Positions 57,455-64,000 of a stretch of DNA of 64,000 nt are shown in pieces. How positions within the stretch are numbered: the stretch's first letter is position 1; each line of letters begins with the position of its first letter. The notes under the pieces are model-generated. The model searched no databases. It had not been told where the DNA came from and was given only the letters and a program-made list of their open reading frames with translations. A program made the translations under genes and the position numbers. The stretch comes from Eledone cirrhosa (taxonomy: Eukaryota), in NCBI GenBank assembly GCA_964016885.1, contig OZ024740.1, forward strand, positions 252,774,001 through 252,838,000, in the 5' to 3' direction.

Positions 57455-59451
57455 TAAGACAGGCAAGGCAGCTGGGGATTTGGAGATTGTTGCTGAGATG
57501 TTGAAAGCATCTGGAATGGTGGGCATCCTATGGCCACCCGGATAGTAAACCAAGTAATACAGAATGGGTCATAACAAATGACTGGCATAGCAGCATCATC
57601 ATTAACTGCTACAAGGGTAAAGGGGATGCTCTAGATAGGGGAAACTATAGAGGCATTAAGTTAGTTGACCAGGTCATGAAGGTCACAGAAGAATTAGAGC
57701 ACAACTAATCAGAGATCGAATTGATCTAGATGAAATGAAGTTTGGGTTTGGGTCAGGTAAAAGTACCTCAGACGCTCTTTTCCTTGTACGACAACTACAG
57801 GAAAAGTACCTATCTAAAAGTAAACCCCTCTACTTAGCTTTTGTTGACTTGGAGAAAGCCTTTGACAGAGTCCCCCGCGCCATTATATAGTGGGCTCTTA
57901 GAAAACTAGGTGTAGATGAATGGCTTGTGAGAATTATACAAGGCATGTATAAAGAAACAGTCAGTAAGGTTAGAATTAACAATGAATATAGTGAAGAATT
58001 TAGTGTAAAAGTTGGTGTTCATCAAGGCTCTGTCCTTAGCCCCCTCCTATTTATTATTGCTCTTCAGGATATAACAGAGGAGTTTAAAACCGGCTGCCCA
58101 TGGGAACTTCTATATGCAGATGATCTAATTCTCATAGCTGAATCATGGATGAACTAGAGAAGAAATTCCAAACATGGAAGCATAGCCTAGAATCAAAAGG
58201 CCTTAAAGTTAACTTGTCTAAGACTAAAGTTCTAGTATGTAGAAAGGAAAATAGGGCACAGGTGTCCTCTGGAAAATGGCTATGTGTAGGAAAGGAGTAG
58301 GTAAAAATTTCATTTTATTTCCCAAATGCAAACTATGGGTACATAAAAGATGTAGTGGGATCACAGGTAAGCTATCTAAGAACGTAGATTTTATATGTGG
58401 CCAATGCTCAGGTGCAATAAGTAGCAAGTGCCCACAGGATACTAGCCCCTTCTATTGCCCAGATGGTTCTATAGAAATAGTGGACACTTTCGGTTACCTG
58501 GGTAACAACATCAGCAGTGGTGGAGGGTGCTCTGAAAGTACAGTAGCCAGAGTCAGAACGGGATGGAAAAAGTTCAGAGAGCTTATATCGCTGTTGGCCA
58601 CAAAAGGTTTCTCTCTAAAAATGAAAGGCAGATTGTATGATGGCTGTATACGAACAGCAATGTTACATGGCAGTGAGACCTGGGCATTGTGTGCAGAGGA
58701 CTTGCGCAGCTTGGAAAGGAATGAAGCATGCATGCTCCGTTGGATGTGTAATAGTAATATTCGCGAACGGCAAAACATAAATGAACTAAGTGAGAAATTA
58801 GGAATAAGAGGGATCAGATTCTGTTTTCTTGAGAGAAGACTACATTGGTATGGTCACGTGATGCGCATGAAAGACAACAACTGTATAAAAAAGTGCAGGG
58901 CGATCAAAATAGACGGTAGCTACGGAGTAGGTAGACCCAGAAAAACCTGGGACGATTTGATAAATTCCGACCTTACACACTTGCACCTCTCTAACACAAT
59001 GTCACTGGACCGAGATCTTTGGCGCCACGCAGTAATACAGAAGAAGTGCCTTGCCTATGTACAAAGCGAAACCTACAGTCAGTAGGCACCTCTTAACCAA
59101 ATATACACCCCATCCCACTACCCCTACTCCACCCTCCCACTCCCACCAACCTTTCTCTGTAAAGTTGGTACCACAACATCCAGTCCAAATTAATGAAATA
59201 ATGAGATCGAGATTGTCTAGGTGTCACAACAAAAAAAACACACAGTCCACGCTGTAATGTGGTAAAAAGTTCCCAGTCCACACTGTAAATGTGGTTGGTG
59301 ATAGGAAGGGCATCCAGCCGTAGAAAACCTGCCAGATAGTCCTATACGAATGAGACACGGTCACCCGACCAATCTTGCCTCAAATTGGGACAACTCCCAT
59401 CTAACCCATGCTAGTGTGGAAGATAGACGTTAAACGATGATGATGATGATG

Positions 59452-59452
<1 letters not shown>
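57455..59452 (+). mobile_element. RTE LINE (older subfamily C), degraded
   Basis: RT motifs across ORFs 57927-58157 and 58276-59085; several frameshifts; (GAT)n tail. Confidence 0.9.
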
Positions 59453-59495
<43 letters not shown>

Positions 59496-59844
59496 ACAAG
59501 CTTCTGCAGTTTTCATCTAACAAATTCTATTCCTAAGGTATTGGTCAACCACTTGGTTATGAAGCAAACACTTTTACCATGCAGCCACGACTGCCTTTCT
59601 TAACTGATCAGAAATGTATAACAAACATATATGTCGAAGACAACAATCACCTTAGTGCTTGTACTATGATAAAATGCACCCAGTACACTCTGTTAAGTGT
59701 AGGAAAATATATAAGCAAGTTCTGATCCCTGGCATATCTGTGAGGACAGTGGCCCTGATTGAGTATTGGCATTAAATGATGATGATGATGATGATAGTGA
59801 TGTCACCATGATGATGATGATGAAAATATCTTGTTATAACTTAC

Positions 59845-60849
59845 CAGCTTCACAAAAATCTCCTAGGTATGGGCGTTGACATAAACATAACTTCTGAAGC
59901 CAAAGATCAATACATCTGCCCCTTTTATTACAGGAATCCTGGAAACATTGTTGTTGTCGAGGACAACCCATGCTGATATTAGCAGTTTTTGAAGCATTAA
60001 TAGCTAACAGAATATCTCCATTGACAGAAATATCTTGTAAACAACCAACAAATAATGTACTTCGATATTTATTGTTTGATAATATACTACTGTGTATTTT
60101 TCCAAATGAAACTTCTCCAGTTATTTCCTCTGCTAATTCCAGCTTTATTGAGCATATTGAAAATTTACAGCTATTACCGCTTATCTGCACAGTGAGGTAT
60201 TTTGAAATAAATTCAAACTTAATGAATTGCCAAGTAGAATTATTAGCTGTGCTAAGTTCTGTGATGATACTGGTATCATTTAGAAGAACAGGTTTGCCTT
60301 GTTTTAGCTGAAAAGTGATGAAGTTGTTGTTTTGTAATACAAAAGAAGAAATAAGAATATTCTCCAAAGTTGTTTGATACTGGAATTCTATTCTCAGTCT
60401 ATTGGTTGTAAGAGCCTTTGTTTCTAAGAAGGAAGAACCATTAAAAGACATTGTTGTAATGTCTTGACAATGTTTTCCCATAAACCCAGACATACAACTG
60501 CATTTGTAATAATGTTCAGAATTTTCTTCATCAAACAAAGGATTGCAGGTGCCATTATTTAAACAAGGTGTGTGATCACATCCAGTCAATGCAACAGAAC
60601 AATTTTTGCTGCCGTACCAAGGTTTTGAAGCCCCTTTTAAACAGGTACAATTGTAAATTCCTAAACCATTCTTACATTTTGATCCATGCAGGCAGAAATT
60701 TCTGGAACATTCATCGATATCTTTTTCACAAAGTTCTCCTTCATATCCCACATAGCAGTCACAGGTTGCACTGCCAATGTTATCGATGCAGCTGCCGTAC
60801 ACACAGCTTTTGTTCAAGCATTCATTGATGTCAATGGAACAGTTTTTAC
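59845..60849 (-). CDS. crb: Crumbs-like exon (1005 bp, phase 1-1): three EGF repeats, laminin-G domain, EGF
   Basis: GKNCSIDINEC..WYGSKNC..CQDITTMSFNG..FQYQTTL..FVGCLQDISVNG..MGCPRQQQC..CIDLW..CQRPYLG; acceptor TTTCTCTTTGAAG|, donor |GTAAG. Confidence 0.88.
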
Positions 60850-61359
60850 CTTCAAAGAGAAATGAAGAAAGATTTCTATGAGTTACTTCCATATTTGGTC
60901 ATATGCACTTTCAACTCCCAAAATGCAAACAACAACATTAGCAAACCTTTTATACAAACTATCAAAGAGCTGGGTATTTGAAGTAAAAATAGAAAAAAGA
61001 ACTTGCTTATCATTATGGTGAGTTGTTAAGCGTCAGATAGAACATTTTGTGGTTTTGTGGTATTCATTCCATTTCTCTTAGTTCAAATCCTGCCAAAGTT
61101 GATAAAAATAGTACTAGTCTAATACTGCGGTTGATTCTTCCTCTACACCTCTTTCTCGCTTCCATTCTCTCACTTTCTATCCTTCACTGGAAGAAATCTG
61201 CTGTATTCAGACCTGGAGAGGAGATGGGCTCCACCAGGTTTTAAAATACCCTAGAAACACTGTATGTCAATATGGTACCCTTACGACTATATCAGGAGTT
61301 ACGGGTTCATACCATACCATTATAAAGAAGGAACAGTGAGAAATAAATTATCTTCTCAC

Positions 61360-61573
61360 CTTCATAACCAACATTACACAAGCATTTATAGCCAGAGGCG
61401 TTGGCATAGGAAAACTTGGGAGAACTAAAGTAGGAAAGACTTGGACCATAGAGTGATTGGTTAGAACGCTGGAGGCATGCATAAGAGTAGACACATGGAT
61501 TTTCGGAACATTCATCAATGTCATTCTCACAGTATTCTCCTTTATAACCATCAAAACATCTGCAGCTGTAGCT
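61360..61573 (-). CDS. crb: Crumbs-like exon (214 bp, phase 0-1) with the Crumbs-type EGF insertion
   Basis: SYSCRCFDGYKGEYCENDIDECSENPCVYSYACLQRSNQSLYG..FSYANASGYKCLCNVGYEG; TTTTCAG| and |GTGAGA; splices in frame to the 60849 exon. Not called in this frame by the ORF track. Confidence 0.88.
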
Positions 61574-62983
61574 CTGAAAAATAATGTTACTTCAAATTAA
61601 TTAACTCAAACAAAAGAATTACAAGAACAAGGAATTGTTACTATTTTTATGGATTTTCCTCTTATGACAAAGGATTCTCTCTCCCAGAGCAGACTGAGCT
61701 TTTCAGCCCAGCCAATGAACAACTACTTCTTCAGTGCTGGTGCAATGATAATATGCACCCAGTAAACTCTGTAAAGTGGCTGGCGTTTGTAGGAGGGGTA
61801 TCTAGTTTGAGATTGATAAATTAAAGTATCAAATTGCTGGCCTTGTGCTTATGCCGCCGCCGCCACCATTATCGTCGTCATCATCAAAAAGAAGAAGAAT
61901 GAAAATGAAAGGTAAGGTAAGGTGCTGGTGAAGGGGGGTGCAGAGTATAGGGAAAAAGAGGAAAGTTTTTTATGGGGCCTGCAAGGATAACCGTTGCTTT
62001 CACATAGAAAATAGCCTTGAAAGACTTGTCATTTCCTCTAACTTCATATTCACCAAAACTTCCTGAGGACAGCATGACCATGTGGTTAAAGAGTTCACCC
62101 CCATGACCATGTGATTCTGGTTTTGATCCCTTGTGGTATTCGTTCAGCCCAAGTTTCAAACACACAATGTAAAACATATTGTAGCAGAGATTGGCCTGTT
62201 GGAAACGACGCTATTGCTCACAAAACGCCAAATATCTCAGAAGTATCTTTTTCCCCAGTCACAAGTGTATGTGGGATGTACATACCTATGTGAGAATAAT
62301 TCCCCCACCCACCCGCTTATTAATTTTTCAGATTTTTTCCACCCACACTCCTTTCCCACTTATTAAATTTTGCTACTCTATCACTGGCAAAATTTTATTT
62401 TAAGTGGTAGCATTCCTGCGACAATTAATCTTTATATATTAAAAAACATTATACATGACAAAAAAGTACGTATAAAATAAATAGGATGGGTTGGGGTCTC
62501 AATAAAAAAACTAAACGAATAATTCTGGTTTTTAAAAAAATCAATGGGGACAACATAGAAAAATTACCGATTTTCCACTTCCTCCACTTATTCCCACCCC
62601 CTTATTACTTGGGACATGAGAGTATGTGTAAATGTCTGCATATCTCCTTATAATATATAACCAGCAATTTTTCTGTCTGTCTGTCCAACAGTGGAAACAC
62701 GTGCGCACGTGCGAATGTTTTTTGCGCACGCGTAGAGAGAGTGAGAGTGAAAGAAAAAGACAGACTACGAGAGGGGGATAGCGGGAGGGAGGGAGGGAGA
62801 GAGAGAGAGAGAGAGAGTGAATAGACATTAAAACACGTGCGCGCGTGCGAATGTTTTTTGCGCACGCGTAGAGAGAGTGAGAGTGAAAGAAAGAGACAGA
62901 CTACAAGAGGGGGATAGCGGGAGGGGGAGAGGGGGGAATTGAGGAGTGCTACAGAAACATATATACATTTCTGTGTGTGTGTA

Positions 62984-63332
62984 ATCATCATCATCATTTC
63001 ATCATTTCATTTTACGTCCACTTTTCCCTGCTTGCAAGGGTGGGACGGGAACCGATTCTGGCTTGATTTCTACAGCTGGATGCCCTTCCTAACACCAACC
63101 TCATTTACATTGAGTGCTGGGTGCTTTTTTTCCATGGCGCCTACACGTCCACTTTACAGTGGAATGATAGGGACTCCAGTCCCTATCATCTCATTTCTAC
63201 AGCTGAGTAAACTGGAGCAATGTGAAATAAAGTGTCTTGCTCAAGGAAACAACACATCACCCAGTCCGAGATTTGAACTCACAACCTTTCGATTGCAAGG
63301 CCAATGCTCTAACCACTAAGCCATGTGCCTCC
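62984..63332 (-). mobile_element. tRNA-derived SINE, family 1
   Basis: Same A/B boxes and tail as the other copies. Confidence 0.87.
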
Positions 63333-63462
63333 ATTAATATATATATATATATACACACACAGAAATATATATATATATACACACAGAAATATATATACAT
63401 TTCTGTGTGTGTAATATATATATATACTAGCAGAAAACCACCCGTGGGCGGTTTTCTGCTAG

Positions 63463-64000
63463 TCTATATATATAAAACTGAGGATGTCTGTCTGTGTGTG
63501 CGTGAGTTTGAATCCATAAAACTAGAGAAACACCCAACCGACTGTTTTCAAATTTTACACATATAATACTTGTTTCAGGGAGTGTTCTGAGCAAAAAAAA
63601 ATTTCAAATTTTCAATGCCCTAGAGACCACATTAGGCGATTTAGCGATCTCTCTCTATAATTCTTAGTCTTTCTCTTTTTAGATAGATACATACATATAA
63701 CGTCGCGCCCTTATAATATCTGTCTGTCTGCATTACGTCACTTCCTACAATTCACTCTTCGTCCAGAACAGGCCCTTATAATATCTGTCTGTATGTCTGG
63801 CTGTCTGCATCGCACTCGGCGCGTCAATGTATGGCTGTTAAAGGGGTCGCGAATGCATTCTGATTCATTCTAAAGGCTACCAGTGGAAGCAACCGTAACA
63901 CCCTCCTCCAAATGTCAGAGAACGCAGTCAAAGTCACTATTAAGGGCTACAAGTGAACGCTCACATGGCCCTTTTCAGGGCCACCACTTGAAATTGTTGA
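63463..64000 (+). mobile_element. Helitron 5' region, running off the window
   Basis: TCTATATATATAAAACTG start as at 46849; shares CCCTTATAATATCTGTCTG and TGTTAAAGGGGT with 47000-47070. Confidence 0.65.

Noticed and set aside
61348-61554. ORF-track protein MMVIKENT...
   Set aside because: Wrong frame; the real frame is the Crumbs EGF exon 61573-61360.
61925-62950. Possible DNA transposon end and non-autonomous Helitron start (TCTCCTTATAATATATAA, ~136-bp duplication)
   Set aside because: Could not find matching termini, so left uncalled.

Overview
AT-rich eukaryotic genomic DNA with no bacterial or viral features. The repeat landscape (huge (TA)n-type microsatellites, RTE LINEs with (GAT)n tails, tRNA-headed SINEs, Penelope-like elements, Helitrons) is typical of an octopus/coleoid cephalopod; this is an inference. 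Host coding sequence is limited to two minus-strand exons of a crumbs-like EGF/laminin-G gene (61573-61360, 60849-59845) and two 111-bp plus-strand EGF exons (8438-8548, 9119-9229). The rest is a patchwork of mobile-element fragments set in microsatellite: about 7 RTE copies whose reverse transcriptase carries an internal PHD finger, a CR1/L2-type fragment, two Penelope-like (RT/GIY-YIG) remnants, a decayed ~6.9 kb Helitron and two SINE families. The main unexplained signal is about 20 core-intact minimal type I hammerhead-ribozyme motifs from about 8 sequence families. They sit in short non-coding modules arranged as near-perfect fold-back palindromes, zig-zags or 300-470 bp tandem units, flanked by (TA)n. 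Most ORFs in the supplied track (YIYI/CVCV) are microsatellite artefacts. All structures were read by eye and coordinates may be off by a few bases.
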